Below, one piece after another: positions 1 through 10,046 of a DNA stretch of 61,078 nt; the first letter of the stretch is position 1; each line of letters opens with the position of its first letter. The position numbers were made by a program, and so were the translations under genes. The DNA comes from a virus. Its lineage: Duplodnaviria; Caudoviricetes. The notes beneath the pieces are model-generated. The model made no database searches, was not told the origin of the DNA, and was given only the letters and a program-made list of their open reading frames with translations. The DNA lies in IMG/VR virus record IMGVR_UViG_3300029442_000005, positions 1 through 61,078 of that record; one strand, 5' to 3'.

Positions 1-2
1 CC

Positions 3-205
3 AATTGTTCCAGTTAGTCCAGTTGCTCCAGTAGCACCTATATTACCAGTAAGTCCAGTTGCTCCTGATCCAGTAGAACCTATTAGACCAGTAGCACCTA
101 TTAGACCAGTTGCGCCAGTAGAACCAATTGTTCCAGTTAGTCCAGTTGCTCCTGATCCAGTTGCTCCAATTGGTCCTGTTGCTCCTTTTAGTCCAGTTGC
201 CCCAA
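3..205 (-). repeat. Collagen-like coding repeats (GGA GCA ACT type)
   Basis: Repeated tccagttgc/ccagtagc units encoding G-A-T, G-L-T, G-S-T triplets. Confidence 0.9.
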
Positions 206-1244
206 TAATTAATGTAGTCGATACAGTTAAAACCCACTGTGATGAAAATCCATCATAGTAATAAATATAAAGATTTCCATCAAGTGAATTAAACCATAAG
301 TCGCCAATGGTTGGTGATGATGGAGGAGTATCACTTATAATTACTGAAGAACCTCCACCTCCTCCGCCAACTCCCCAATAAACAGAACCATCTCCGTGAG
401 ATGTTAATACTTCTCCAGCTGATCCACCAGTAATAGTAATATGTGATGCATTTCCAAAATTACTTAAATTATTTACAGTTAAATTTTCAACAGTTAAATT
501 ACCTATGTTATTAGATGTACTTGATACTGGTGCGTTATTTAAGAATATAACTTTATTACTAACAGATGATACTCCATTAATAATATTAGCAGTAGGTAGT
601 TGACTTATTAATGTGTTTATGTTTATTTGTTCAATTGAATCAGCTATTCTGATAGCTCGTAAACTCGCCTTATAATATTGACTTAACGAATAACCGTTTT
701 CAGAAACTAAATCATAATCTATTGACTTTTCAGTAAAAAATTTAACAGCAATTTCATATCCAGCTAAATGAGCAACTGACAATAATCCAGCTTGATCTTC
801 TGGAGCTAAATTATACATATCAATTCCAGCAGATAAAAGAATATTAAAATTCATAGCTGCTAGATCAAGAACAGATTTATTTTGTGCAAATTTATTACTT
901 AAAAAATCTTCTTTGTCATAACAACTTAACAATCCTGCCCAGTTAGTTGAATTATCAATAGCTTTTAGATTACAGCCACTAACTTCACCAGTTATATGTA
1001 ATGTTCCTTTCTTTAATAATCCAATTAATTCTAAACTTTTTGCAGTAAACCCATAACGTCCAATATTTCCAAAAGGACTCAAATAATTATAATCATTTCC
1101 TGACAATAGTGCTATTTGGGCAAACATCGCACGGCATTGAATTTTAGATAAGGTTCCTACTGATTCAGTAATCTGAGATTGTAATGCTATTTCAGCTTCT
1201 GTTATTAGTTTTGTTGAGTTAATGTCAGATAAATCATATATCAT
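3..1244 (-). CDS. Virion protein, partial (runs off window start): N-terminal lysozyme-like domain followed by fibre motif and collagen-like G-X-T repeats
   Basis: Absent from ORF track because no stop lies in the window. ATG at 1244 just after the stop of the gp5-like gene. Manual translation [12 protein letters not shown]...[13 protein letters not shown]...[17 protein letters not shown]...[11 protein letters not shown]...[13 protein letters not shown]..., in frame with [10 protein letters not shown] repeats at 3-205. Confidence 0.75.
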   Translation of the reverse strand, partial: MIYDLSDINSTKLITEAEIALQSQITESVGTLSKIQCRAMFAQIALLSGNDYNYLSPFGNIGRYGFTAKSLELIGLLKKGTLHITGEVSGCNLKAIDNSTNWAGLLSCYDKEDFLSNKFAQNKSVLDLAAMNFNILLSAGIDMYNLAPEDQAGLLSVAHLAGYEIAVKFFTEKSIDYDLVSENGYSLSQYYKASLRAIRIADSIEQININTLISQLPTANIINGVSSVSNKVIFLNNAPVSSTSNNIGNLTVENLTVNNLSNFGNASHITITGGSAGEVLTSHGDGSVYWGVGGGGGGSSVIISDTPPSSPTIGDLWFNSLDGNLYIYYYDGFSSQWVLTVSTTLIIGATGLKGATGPIGATGSGATGLTGTIGSTGATGLIGATGLIGSTGSGATGLTGNIGATGATGLTGTI

Positions 1245-1247
1245 AAA

Positions 1248-2786
1248 TTAGGTCCTTGAAATTGGCTTCAATGTTGCATTACTTGCTAGTGGGGTTTTTG
1301 CTTTTATTGTTGGAACTTCGTGTTTAGTCCAAGGTTCGTGTGCTGGCGCTTTACTTACTATACTTTTGAAACTCTTTCCAGCCCACCAAGTATTCTTACC
1401 TGCAATCTGAGCAGTATCATCATGTGATGTTTGTGTAATTTCTGGAGGTGCACATACTTGCGGAGCAGGTAACGTATTAATATATACAAGGGATCCTTTT
1501 AGAATTACAAGTCCAGTGCTACCTAAGGTTGATTGTACTGAACTTGACAAATTCAAACTTCCGCCTGCGCCAATTTTTGTGTCTGCTGAAGCATAAATTG
1601 TTGTTGTACTTTGACTTAAACTAGAAAATGTTCCTGCAGTTTCTAATGCTGTGCTTGTTTCACTTCGCATTTGAATTTTACCTTTTGCATGAACATTAAA
1701 ATCTTTTTCTGTATGAAAATTGATATCACCTTTGCTTCTTACACTAAAGTTACCATTGTTAAATATATTTATTGATCCGCTAGGGGTCATCTCAATCCAT
1801 GCAGTACCTCTAGCATTTATAATATAAATTTGCTCATTTGTATCATCAAGCAAAATCATATTACCATGTGCTGTCCTGATTCGTATACCTTGATCTTCAC
1901 CTTCAGTTGTTCCGTCATCTAAGATGATTTGATGTCCACCAACTCTAAATGTATTTTTATAATAAGAAATTAAGTTATCAGGGAGTGTTTCCTGATCTTG
2001 AGATCCTTGAATTTCCGATATAGTTTTTAAACTCTTTTCTTTATCAGCAAAACTCCACAATCTACCAGGAGTTGAAATACCAAAAACTTGACTAGGACTT
2101 TCTCTAATACTACTTGCGCTAGTACTCCCTCTAGTAAAATCAAAACTTAATCCTTGCATGCCAAGTCGCATATTTTGATAAACATGTGGCATCTTTTTCA
2201 TTTTATCAAGTTCTGTTTCATTTTCTAAAGCAGAACGTCTAGTTGGTTCACTAACTGGCAATCTACTAGGTAATTCTCCACTTGCCAATTCTATATAATT
2301 TGATAATCTTTCGTGTGTCTTAAATTGTGTTTTATCCCATATAACATTTTCAAGTTGTGCTGATCCAATACCTGGAGTCATATGACTACTTTTAGAATCG
2401 CCTATGCAAGCAAAATAATATCCTTGACTTGGGTCTCCATTTAAAAATACGCACAATACTTTAGTACCTACATCTGGAGGTGTGAACCACATTCCGTAAC
2501 TTTGATAGCTATTTTCTTCTTCTGCACTTCCATTATATTCGGTTTCTTGAATAACATCGTCTGATCCTGAAGTACTTCCTCTAAATGGTCCTGCATAAGA
2601 AACTGAATACCAATAACTTTCATCATCTTGATCTACTGCTCCACGATCAGGAATATAAACTTGTATCCTACCTGCTCTTGTAACATCATTGATATCTTTT
2701 ACTATGCCAAGCCATGGACCAGGAGAAGCAAATAATCCTTGCTTATCTTGTGATGTATTAGGTGCTGCTTTTGTTCCGTTACCCAT
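1248..2786 (-). CDS. Baseplate hub/puncturing protein, gp5/VgrG-like (OB-fold plus beta-helix)
   Basis: GIVKDINDVTRAGRIQVYIP and GMWFTPPDVGTKVLCVF OB-fold motifs; GHQIILDD and GNMILLDD repeats; beta-helix-like C-terminus. Confidence 0.8.
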   Translation of the reverse strand: MGNGTKAAPNTSQDKQGLFASPGPWLGIVKDINDVTRAGRIQVYIPDRGAVDQDDESYWYSVSYAGPFRGSTSGSDDVIQETEYNGSAEEENSYQSYGMWFTPPDVGTKVLCVFLNGDPSQGYYFACIGDSKSSHMTPGIGSAQLENVIWDKTQFKTHERLSNYIELASGELPSRLPVSEPTRRSALENETELDKMKKMPHVYQNMRLGMQGLSFDFTRGSTSASSIRESPSQVFGISTPGRLWSFADKEKSLKTISEIQGSQDQETLPDNLISYYKNTFRVGGHQIILDDGTTEGEDQGIRIRTAHGNMILLDDTNEQIYIINARGTAWIEMTPSGSINIFNNGNFSVRSKGDINFHTEKDFNVHAKGKIQMRSETSTALETAGTFSSLSQSTTTIYASADTKIGAGGSLNLSSSVQSTLGSTGLVILKGSLVYINTLPAPQVCAPPEITQTSHDDTAQIAGKNTWWAGKSFKSIVSKAPAHEPWTKHEVPTIKAKTPLASNATLKPISRT

Positions 2787-2797
2787 ATATTATTATC

Positions 2798-5203
2798 CTA
2801 TCCATTAAATGGTGTGGTTGGTATTTGTCCTATAGAGCTAGTTAATGTTGATTGTGGAATGCTAGTAATTGGTGGAGGTGTGTCTGGAATTTTACCAATT
2901 TGTGATATACTAGCTGGTACTGCTGGAATTGCACCACTTAAAGTCGGCACTGATTTTTCAGATATTAAATTATTATAAGTTTCTTCCTCTTGCTCTTCAA
3001 TTACTCTAGACAATTCTAAATTTTGAGTAAATTTTCCTTCTTTAAAAATACTTTGAACTATAATAATTCTATACTTACCACTAAACATGCTTGTTTTTTG
3101 ATTATCTTGAAAATCTAAATCTTGTGGTAACATTAAACCAGTATCTAAATTGTAATCTCTGGGAGTTAAAAAGTTTATACTTACATAAGCTTCTTTGTTG
3201 TCAAAAGTAATACTTTGTGTAGGATCATTTGACGGCCCAGTATTTTTATCATATGTGTCATTTCCAATTAACCAAATACCATCTTGTTTAATTATATCAG
3301 GATCACCCAATATATCCAATTTAACATTCATTAAATCTGCTGGATTGTATAATATAGAACTTAAATCTGATGACTTAATTCTGCCAGGTGTTTTGTTACC
3401 CTGACCAGTTGTTTTAATTCTAGATGAATCTGTATAAATTGTGTTCTGCGCTAATTTTATAGGATGAGTTCCGATTGGAACTATTGGTCCCACAGTAACT
3501 TGTTCATTGGTATTTTTAGAATATTCTCCAGTTGCTTGACTAATTTCACTAATATTTTTACCAGCGGTATTTATATATGCTGTATTAAAAGATAAATCTA
3601 AATTTAAGATATCGATATTTTTTCCAGTAAAATAATAATTATATTCTTTAACTATATTAGTAATTGGCTTCTTAGGAACATCTGGTGAGTTACTATTTTC
3701 AATTATGTAAGGTATTACATTATATATAATCTTTTTAACATATCTATTTGTATTGGGATTAAACTTGTTTGTGGGTAAAATTTGCGATTGTACCCTGAAC
3801 CAGTTTAACTGACCAGCCAATGATTTTATAGCACGTAATCTATCTTCAGGATTTGTTAAAGTTGCAGCATTATTATATGCAATTCTAAACTTTTCAATTT
3901 GATCAGTTATATACTTACTACCTGATATAACTGAAGTGATAACATCATGTATATTTTCTCCGCCATTAAGTTGTGATGTACTTTTATCTTTAATTATAAT
4001 AGGCTTCACCGTACTTAACTTTTGAAATTTTACCATGTTTGTTAATGTTTTTGCAGCTAAATGTGATGAATAAGATCCACTATCATTTTTTAATTGTTCA
4101 AACTTTACATCTTTATTTGGATTATCCTTAGGAGCAATAATTATTGACTCTGCTATTTTACTAGGTACTGTATCGGTTTCATCTGTAAATTTAATTACAT
4201 ACTCATCATATGTTGCTGCTTCTGAGTTTCTTTCATTTTTCTTTATTGTTGCTGCCGCATTTTCTGTTAAAATGGTAGCTAAAGAAAAATCACTTTGATA
4301 AAATTCAAATTCATCTAACAATGTTTTTTTGTCTGATGGATTAGCTGATTCAATTTGTCCTTTAGTAATATAAGTATAACCTCGTAACATTTCACCAACA
4401 GTTTTACCAATTAACTTACCTGAAGTTCTTACTCGACCATATATTTCGTTATTGCCTTGATCGTTATATGGTATAGCAGTTACAGTATATATGGCACCTG
4501 CATTTGTAAATTTCAAATCAACATTCACAAATTTGATAGGAATATATTTAACATATTCTTGTAAGTCTATAAATTTTCCATCATCATCAAATCCTTTAAA
4601 TCCAATTTTTAGTAAATATGCAGTTTCTAGATAACTTTCTGATTGGATAACATTACTATTAAATTCCCATAAATCTGATAAAAAACTCATACCATATGGT
4701 TCAGTTATAGTAAATGATACACTGCAATCAGTACTTGATCTAGCTGATGCTGATGTTGCAACTAATGTTTCTATCTCTAGATTATCTATATATAAATCTG
4801 ATTTAAAATATTGACGTTGAACACTATCTCCTTCTGGGTCAAAACGATTTTTAGCACCTGTAACTATTCCACCTGATCGTATTATTGGAATCCAATCAGT
4901 TTTTACATATTTTGATTTATAGTTAGAAGCATTATTCCAATTATTTACTCCAATATTGTCAGTTGCTTCTAGACTTATAGTATAATTGAAACTACTATAT
5001 TGATGTAATGGATTTTTTCTTAAAGTATAATCAATTATAGAATCACTTTTAAGTGAAGTATTACTGAGTGTATCAATATTATTATTTACATAACTTGATG
5101 GTAGATTATTAACTGCATCACTAGTTTCAATAGAAGATGCTAGTTGACTATTCAGTTGTGAATTCAAATTAGTAAAGTTAGGAGATAATGGTAATGTAGC
5201 CAT
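2798..5203 (-). CDS. Putative baseplate hub protein (gp27-like)
   Basis: 801 aa between the gp53-like and gp5-like genes; C-terminal LDILGDP and FSGKYRIIIVQSIFKEGKFTQNLEL motifs typical of hub proteins. Confidence 0.6.
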   Translation of the reverse strand: MATLPLSPNFTNLNSQLNSQLASSIETSDAVNNLPSSYVNNNIDTLSNTSLKSDSIIDYTLRKNPLHQYSSFNYTISLEATDNIGVNNWNNASNYKSKYVKTDWIPIIRSGGIVTGAKNRFDPEGDSVQRQYFKSDLYIDNLEIETLVATSASARSSTDCSVSFTITEPYGMSFLSDLWEFNSNVIQSESYLETAYLLKIGFKGFDDDGKFIDLQEYVKYIPIKFVNVDLKFTNAGAIYTVTAIPYNDQGNNEIYGRVRTSGKLIGKTVGEMLRGYTYITKGQIESANPSDKKTLLDEFEFYQSDFSLATILTENAAATIKKNERNSEAATYDEYVIKFTDETDTVPSKIAESIIIAPKDNPNKDVKFEQLKNDSGSYSSHLAAKTLTNMVKFQKLSTVKPIIIKDKSTSQLNGGENIHDVITSVISGSKYITDQIEKFRIAYNNAATLTNPEDRLRAIKSLAGQLNWFRVQSQILPTNKFNPNTNRYVKKIIYNVIPYIIENSNSPDVPKKPITNIVKEYNYYFTGKNIDILNLDLSFNTAYINTAGKNISEISQATGEYSKNTNEQVTVGPIVPIGTHPIKLAQNTIYTDSSRIKTTGQGNKTPGRIKSSDLSSILYNPADLMNVKLDILGDPDIIKQDGIWLIGNDTYDKNTGPSNDPTQSITFDNKEAYVSINFLTPRDYNLDTGLMLPQDLDFQDNQKTSMFSGKYRIIIVQSIFKEGKFTQNLELSRVIEEQEEETYNNLISEKSVPTLSGAIPAVPASISQIGKIPDTPPPITSIPQSTLTSSIGQIPTTPFNG

Positions 5204-5207
5204 TTGA

Positions 5208-5507
5208 TTAACTCAACGCTTCGTTTAATAAGTTATTTTGAGGCAGATAAATTTGTCTCCCTGATAAAAAATCACCTACTGGATCTTTAAGAGTATTTGG
5301 ATTTCTTTCCGCAAAAACCCACCACAAGCTACTATTCCCATATAAGTCAAATGCTAATCTATCAGGACGTAAATTATATTTTGGTTCAATTTGATATAAT
5401 AGATCATTTGAAGTAGCAGGAACAAATCTTGTTACCATTAAGTCTAAATATTTACCTGAACTATCCAATCCTGTTTTATAATATGGACTTTTAGAATTAT
5501 AATTCAT
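5208..5507 (-). CDS. gp53: Baseplate wedge protein, gp53/LysM-like
   Basis: RPDRLAFDLYGNSSLWWVF motif, 99 aa. Confidence 0.75.
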   Translation of the reverse strand: MNYNSKSPYYKTGLDSSGKYLDLMVTRFVPATSNDLLYQIEPKYNLRPDRLAFDLYGNSSLWWVFAERNPNTLKDPVGDFLSGRQIYLPQNNLLNEALS

Positions 5508-5512
5508 TGTTA

Positions 5513-6787
5513 TTATCCTTGCGCTGATTGATTATCATTACTAGCAATTCCTGCTCCTTTTGGTATTACACCAATTTCCTGTCCTAAATTAGGAGCAGTA
5601 TTATTAAATACAGAGTTATCTGCTTGTTGAATAGGTGGCGTATTAAATGCAGTTGGATTATTTATATTTGCTGTTCCTAAACTATTAAAGTCTGTTCCAC
5701 CAGGTACTTTTTGTGTAAGATCAAGCGGAGCGGGAGCAATGTCTGGTGGTTCTTCATTGATTCCCATCGTAGGTGTAGTATCTGTATTATTTGTACCAGC
5801 TATTTCAGCACTTACCCTAGTAATATTTCCTAATAATCTACATTCAGCATTTGCGTACTTCTTAACTCCAAATAAATTTGAAACAAATGCTCTACTAAAA
5901 ACAGGATTCATTGAAACTACTATAGTAAAGTTAATTGGCATTTTGTATAATTCAACAGATTGACCACCAATTACATCTACTACAGTAATATAATCTACAG
6001 AATCTGGATACTGTACATTTACATCAGTAATTACAACTGGTATATTATCAAATCCAGAAAATCCTAACCCAGTTAATCTGGCTACCATTGGTGGAGCTCC
6101 AGCTAATGTTCCATCTAACCCAGTAAATGACTTTGTTAGACTTCTTAAAAAATGTATTCCAGCCATAACATATCTAGCATCGGTTTGTGTTCTTATTAAA
6201 AATTCGCCTGTTAGTGATATTGGTTTCATTGCACTATTTGTATAACTATAAAAAGTAAAGTTACTATGTACAGGATTCATTGATTGATATTCTGCACCAT
6301 GAGATATAGAAATTTGTGGTTGAATTGGAAAAACAAACCCACTAGTTGCAAAAATTGGAGATAATAACTTATTTGAGGTGTCTTTATATAATATATACGG
6401 GGAATCAATAGGCATACTAATTTTAACTCGCAGATCAGTTGCTACTGTAGGAGATGTTGGTGGAAACGACGTAGTATTTTGAGTTGATTGACTAACATTG
6501 TCAGGAATTATACTATTAGCAGTAACAGAATTAATAGGTTGTGAAATATTAGGAGGTGCTGCCAATGAAGCTATATCTGGCTCTAACTGGGTTTTTCCGT
6601 CTGACGGGTCCGCTGGAATTAACATTTCTGCTGTTTTAATGTTACTTGTATCAAGTGCAGAGTCTTGAAATCCGTATTCATCAGTATTAGCTGGTACTGC
6701 TTCATTACTTGTCAGAGCCAATGGTTCTTGTGTAGTTACAGAAGGTTGATACTCAATTAATGTAGTTGGTGTAGTTGTACTAGCCAT
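5513..6787 (-). CDS. Putative tail tube initiator/baseplate protein (gp48/gp54-like)
   Basis: Core GFVFPIQPQISISHGAEY...HFLRSLTK...GAPPMVARLTGLG...NIPVVITDVNVQYPDSVDY resembles tube-fold proteins. Start moved from 6832 to 6787 (MASTT) because a TAAATA box lies 5 nt upstream. Confidence 0.6.
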   Translation of the reverse strand: MASTTTPTTLIEYQPSVTTQEPLALTSNEAVPANTDEYGFQDSALDTSNIKTAEMLIPADPSDGKTQLEPDIASLAAPPNISQPINSVTANSIIPDNVSQSTQNTTSFPPTSPTVATDLRVKISMPIDSPYILYKDTSNKLLSPIFATSGFVFPIQPQISISHGAEYQSMNPVHSNFTFYSYTNSAMKPISLTGEFLIRTQTDARYVMAGIHFLRSLTKSFTGLDGTLAGAPPMVARLTGLGFSGFDNIPVVITDVNVQYPDSVDYITVVDVIGGQSVELYKMPINFTIVVSMNPVFSRAFVSNLFGVKKYANAECRLLGNITRVSAEIAGTNNTDTTPTMGINEEPPDIAPAPLDLTQKVPGGTDFNSLGTANINNPTAFNTPPIQQADNSVFNNTAPNLGQEIGVIPKGAGIASNDNQSAQG

Positions 6788-6792
6788 ACTAA

Positions 6793-6800
6793 TATTTATC
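6793..6800 (-). promoter_or_regulatory. T4-type late promoter (GATAAATA)
   Basis: TATTTATC on + strand, 5 nt upstream of ATG 6787; gp55 is encoded adjacent. Confidence 0.7.
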
Positions 6801-6831
6801 TTCTTGAAAATCAGGGCTAAATAGTAATTCA

Positions 6832-6860
6832 TTGACAGAGATCTGTAAGTGTGTTATAAT
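6832..6860 (+). promoter_or_regulatory. Consensus sigma70 promoter for gp55
   Basis: TTGACA (6832-6837), 17-nt spacer, TGn-TATAAT (6855-6860); AGGAGA RBS before ATG 6889. Confidence 0.85.
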
Positions 6861-6888
6861 TAAATGATAGTAATTTCTAGGAGATTTA

Positions 6889-7722
6889 ATGGCGAAAAAA
6901 TATTTAAATAATGTAGATATGTTACGCGAAATACATTCAAGTAAAAATTCATACTGTAGTTTTACAAATCCCGACAAAGATAATAAGTATGATATAATTT
7001 TACCAAATATAACTGAAATACAGAACAACATAATAGCAGCACAGATGAATAAAGCTGCTAGATTATCTAGGGATTCTCCAGAAGATATATTACCTGGAGA
7101 AATTCCAGTTACCGATTTAATTTTTAGGGTAACTTCATGGGATCATATTCCATTGGCTCCTCCAAAAAATGTAAAACAAAGTAAGAAATCTAAAGCACTA
7201 AAACTAATTGAAACCATTGATCCAGATATAGAGGAAATTGATCCAGATATTGAAAAAATTCTAATGACACCCCCTGATCCATCACATATTAGATTAAACT
7301 TCCCTCCATTTTTACACTATAGATTAAATAAAGCTAATAAGCCAGTATTAATTGGCAAAAGTCATTGGATTGGGAATTTCAAAACTGGTCATTTTAGTAA
7401 AACACATGGTCAACTAACAGACGAGTTATGTATGATGATGTTAAAATTGTGTGATCGTTATGGATCAAAAGGTAACTGGCGATCTTATACGTATAATGAT
7501 GAAATGCGTGGAACAGCTTTAGTACAAATTATTCAAGTTGGATTACAGTTTGATGAAAGTAAAGGATCCAACCCATTTAGTTATTTTTCACAAATAATTA
7601 CGAATTCATTTTGTCGAGTACTAAATATAGAGAAGAAGAATCAAGATATAAGAGATGATATTCTAGAAGCCAATGGCATGATGCCATCATATACACGACA
7701 AGAATCTTGGCATAAGGACTAA
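6889..7722 (+). CDS. gp55: Late-transcription sigma factor, T4 gp55-like
   Basis: N-terminal YLNNVDML and C-terminal NWRSYTYNDEM...FDESKGSNPFSYFSQIITNSFCRVLNIEKK match gp55 family motifs; long central insertion. Confidence 0.85.
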   Translation: MAKKYLNNVDMLREIHSSKNSYCSFTNPDKDNKYDIILPNITEIQNNIIAAQMNKAARLSRDSPEDILPGEIPVTDLIFRVTSWDHIPLAPPKNVKQSKKSKALKLIETIDPDIEEIDPDIEKILMTPPDPSHIRLNFPPFLHYRLNKANKPVLIGKSHWIGNFKTGHFSKTHGQLTDELCMMMLKLCDRYGSKGNWRSYTYNDEMRGTALVQIIQVGLQFDESKGSNPFSYFSQIITNSFCRVLNIEKKNQDIRDDILEANGMMPSYTRQESWHKD

Positions 7723-7724
7723 TA

Positions 7725-9455
7725 ATGACATTTGATGATCAATGTAAATTACTAAGTGAAAGAGCTCACATAAATATGAGAGATCTAATGAATTGTGAGT
7801 TTTCTAAAGAATTTACATTGATCATCAATGAATTGAAATCTACAAGTGGTCGACAAATACTTTATCATGCTATATTAGGTAATAATAATATACCAAAATG
7901 TATATGTGGCAATAATTTAAATTGGCATCCAGATTTACGTGAATACAGAAAATATTGCTGTAATAAATGTCAAGGGATTGGCACCATAAATCAACGCAAA
8001 GAAATATGTCTTGAAAAATATGGTGTTGAATTTAATAGCCAAAGACCAGAATTTAAAGACCTTATTCATAAAACAAGTCAGAAAAAATGGGGCGTTGATC
8101 ATTATACTCAAACGTCTGAATATAACAAACGAGTTAAACAAACAAGTCTAGAAAAATATGGAACCGAACATTATACCCAAGCACCTGAAGTAATTCAAAG
8201 AAATAAAAATACATGTATGGAAAGATATGGAGTTACTTGTTCTTTACATCACCCGCCAAATGAAAAAATAGTCAGACAAACTATGGTGGAAAAATATGGT
8301 GCTGAATATCCACTTCAATCTTCAGAAATTTTAGAAAAAACAAAACAAACAAACTTAATTAAGTATGGAGTTGAAAATCCAAACCAAAATAAAGAAATTT
8401 TAGTTAAACGTAGTAAGACAAGAAAAGAAAATTATTATTCAGAAGAAACTTTATTAAAACTATCTGACCTAAATTGGCTTAAAACTCAACAAAGTACTCT
8501 TGCTGTCCATGAAATAGCAACTGCTATGGGTGATATTAGTTCGTCTACATTAGGAAAGTATTTTAATAAAATGGATATAGAAGTTAAGTATCATTGGCAT
8601 AGTTCACAAGAACGAAGATTATTATACTACTATACAGCTAGAAATATAAACATCGAAACACGTAATAGAAAAATTATTTATCCTCTTGAATTAGATATAA
8701 TATTTCCTGATCATAAAGTAGCTGTAGAAATAGATGGTGTATATTTTCATTCTGAAGAATTTAAATCAGATAAATTTTTTCATAGAAATAAAACTATTTC
8801 AGTAGAAAAAACTGGTTACAAACTATTACATTTCTGGGACTTAGAAATTAACAATAACTTTAACAAAGTAGTTGATAAGATAAATCATCTACTTGGACTT
8901 AATACTAGAATTTATGCAAGAAAGTTAAAGATTATACAAGTATCTTCTGATCAAAAGAAACGATTTTTTACTGAAAATCATCTACAAAATGATTGTAACA
9001 GTAGTATTAATATAGGACTTGTTAATGAAGATAATGAACTTATGATGTGTGCTAGTTTTGGAAAAAGTCGGTACAATAAAAAATATTCTTATGAACTATT
9101 ACGTTTAGCTAGTAAACTAAATTTTGCTGTAGTTGGCGGAGCAAGCAAGTTACTCAAATATTTCAAAATTAATTATATGAGTAATAATGAAACGTTAATA
9201 AGTTATTGTAATAGACGATGGTCTTCAGGAAATATGTATTCTCTAATTGGTATGAAGTTTGAAAGAATAACAACACCAAATTACGAATATGTACTTGGTG
9301 GAAAACTTATGGGATCGCGCGAAAAATTTCAGAAACACAAATTATCTAAGATATTAAAAATATTTGACCCAACGTTAACAGAATCAGATAATATGAAGAT
9401 TAATGGATATTATCGTCTTTGGGATTGTGGACAACTCGTCTTTACTCTTCGGTAA
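7725..9455 (+). CDS. Putative homing endonuclease (Hef/Vsr-like PD-(D/E)XK) with Cys-rich N-terminus, KYG repeats and C-terminal RxWDCG domain
   Basis: CICG..YCCNKC, repeated EKYG units, ELDIIFPDHKVAVEIDGVYFHS nuclease motif, RLWDCG end. Confidence 0.75.
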   Translation: MTFDDQCKLLSERAHINMRDLMNCEFSKEFTLIINELKSTSGRQILYHAILGNNNIPKCICGNNLNWHPDLREYRKYCCNKCQGIGTINQRKEICLEKYGVEFNSQRPEFKDLIHKTSQKKWGVDHYTQTSEYNKRVKQTSLEKYGTEHYTQAPEVIQRNKNTCMERYGVTCSLHHPPNEKIVRQTMVEKYGAEYPLQSSEILEKTKQTNLIKYGVENPNQNKEILVKRSKTRKENYYSEETLLKLSDLNWLKTQQSTLAVHEIATAMGDISSSTLGKYFNKMDIEVKYHWHSSQERRLLYYYTARNINIETRNRKIIYPLELDIIFPDHKVAVEIDGVYFHSEEFKSDKFFHRNKTISVEKTGYKLLHFWDLEINNNFNKVVDKINHLLGLNTRIYARKLKIIQVSSDQKKRFFTENHLQNDCNSSINIGLVNEDNELMMCASFGKSRYNKKYSYELLRLASKLNFAVVGGASKLLKYFKINYMSNNETLISYCNRRWSSGNMYSLIGMKFERITTPNYEYVLGGKLMGSREKFQKHKLSKILKIFDPTLTESDNMKINGYYRLWDCGQLVFTLR

Positions 9456-9927
9456 TTGATAACACTTTATTTGTAACATCAACTAATAATACTTTGCATG
9501 GAACTTTTAATACTCGAGCAACTGCCTGTCTTGTATTTCCAGCCATTATAAACAATCCATCAGATCCTTTGAGTACGATAGGCATTGGCAATGTAGCGCC
9601 TGATTTCATGCCGTCTACGATTCGTTGTACATCTCTAGGTATGTGATATCCACTTACCATACTTTCTATATCTTCAATACTATTATTTGCTGTTCTATTT
9701 CCAACTCTAGTTAATGAACTATTATCAACAACTTTTGCTGAATCTAGTGCTTGTTTAAAACTGTTTATGTCTTAAAATATAGGAAATCTAAAACCAACTT
9801 GTTGGGCACGTGACTTCCATTTTGATAATTCTTTACCCTTATATTCTTTGAAGTCATCAATCAAACTTTGGTCAGTATATCTTACCCAATTTGGAGTTGA
9901 TTTATTTTCTATTTCGTTTAATCGCAT
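9442..9927 (-). pseudogene. ParB/Srx-like domain protein interrupted by one in-frame TAA (9772-9774)
   Basis: ATG 9927 (MRLNEIENK...) is in frame with the 72-aa ORF 9442-9660 and codon 52 is TAA; MPIVLKGSDGLFIMAGNTR resembles the ParB N-domain motif; TAAATA 5 nt upstream. Confidence 0.65.
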
Positions 9928-9955
9928 ACAATTATTTATCCGATTAAATAAAAAT

Positions 9956-9984
9956 AGGGTAAGTACAAAATTTGTACTTACCCT
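9956..9984 (-). terminator. Intrinsic terminator downstream of the 379-aa structural gene
   Basis: Perfect 13-bp stem AGGGTAAGTACAA/TTGTACTTACCCT followed by ATTTTTATTT on the - strand. Confidence 0.8.
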
Positions 9985-10046
9985 GGAAGGTTTACTACAC
10001 TATGTTTAACTCTTTAAGTATAACAGAAGTTATGATTTATATCAAC

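Noticed and set aside
43-237. 64-aa Trp/Asn-rich ORF
   Set aside because: Alternative frame of the collagen repeat in the real 3-1244 gene
7215-7254. IDPDIEE/IDPDIEK duplication in gp55
   Set aside because: Short slippage repeat in a variable insertion; no evidence of function
9772-9774. Stop-codon reassignment (alternative genetic code)
   Set aside because: Only one internal stop was found and it is TAA; TAA, TAG and TGA all end conserved genes, and long ORFs are intact in the standard code
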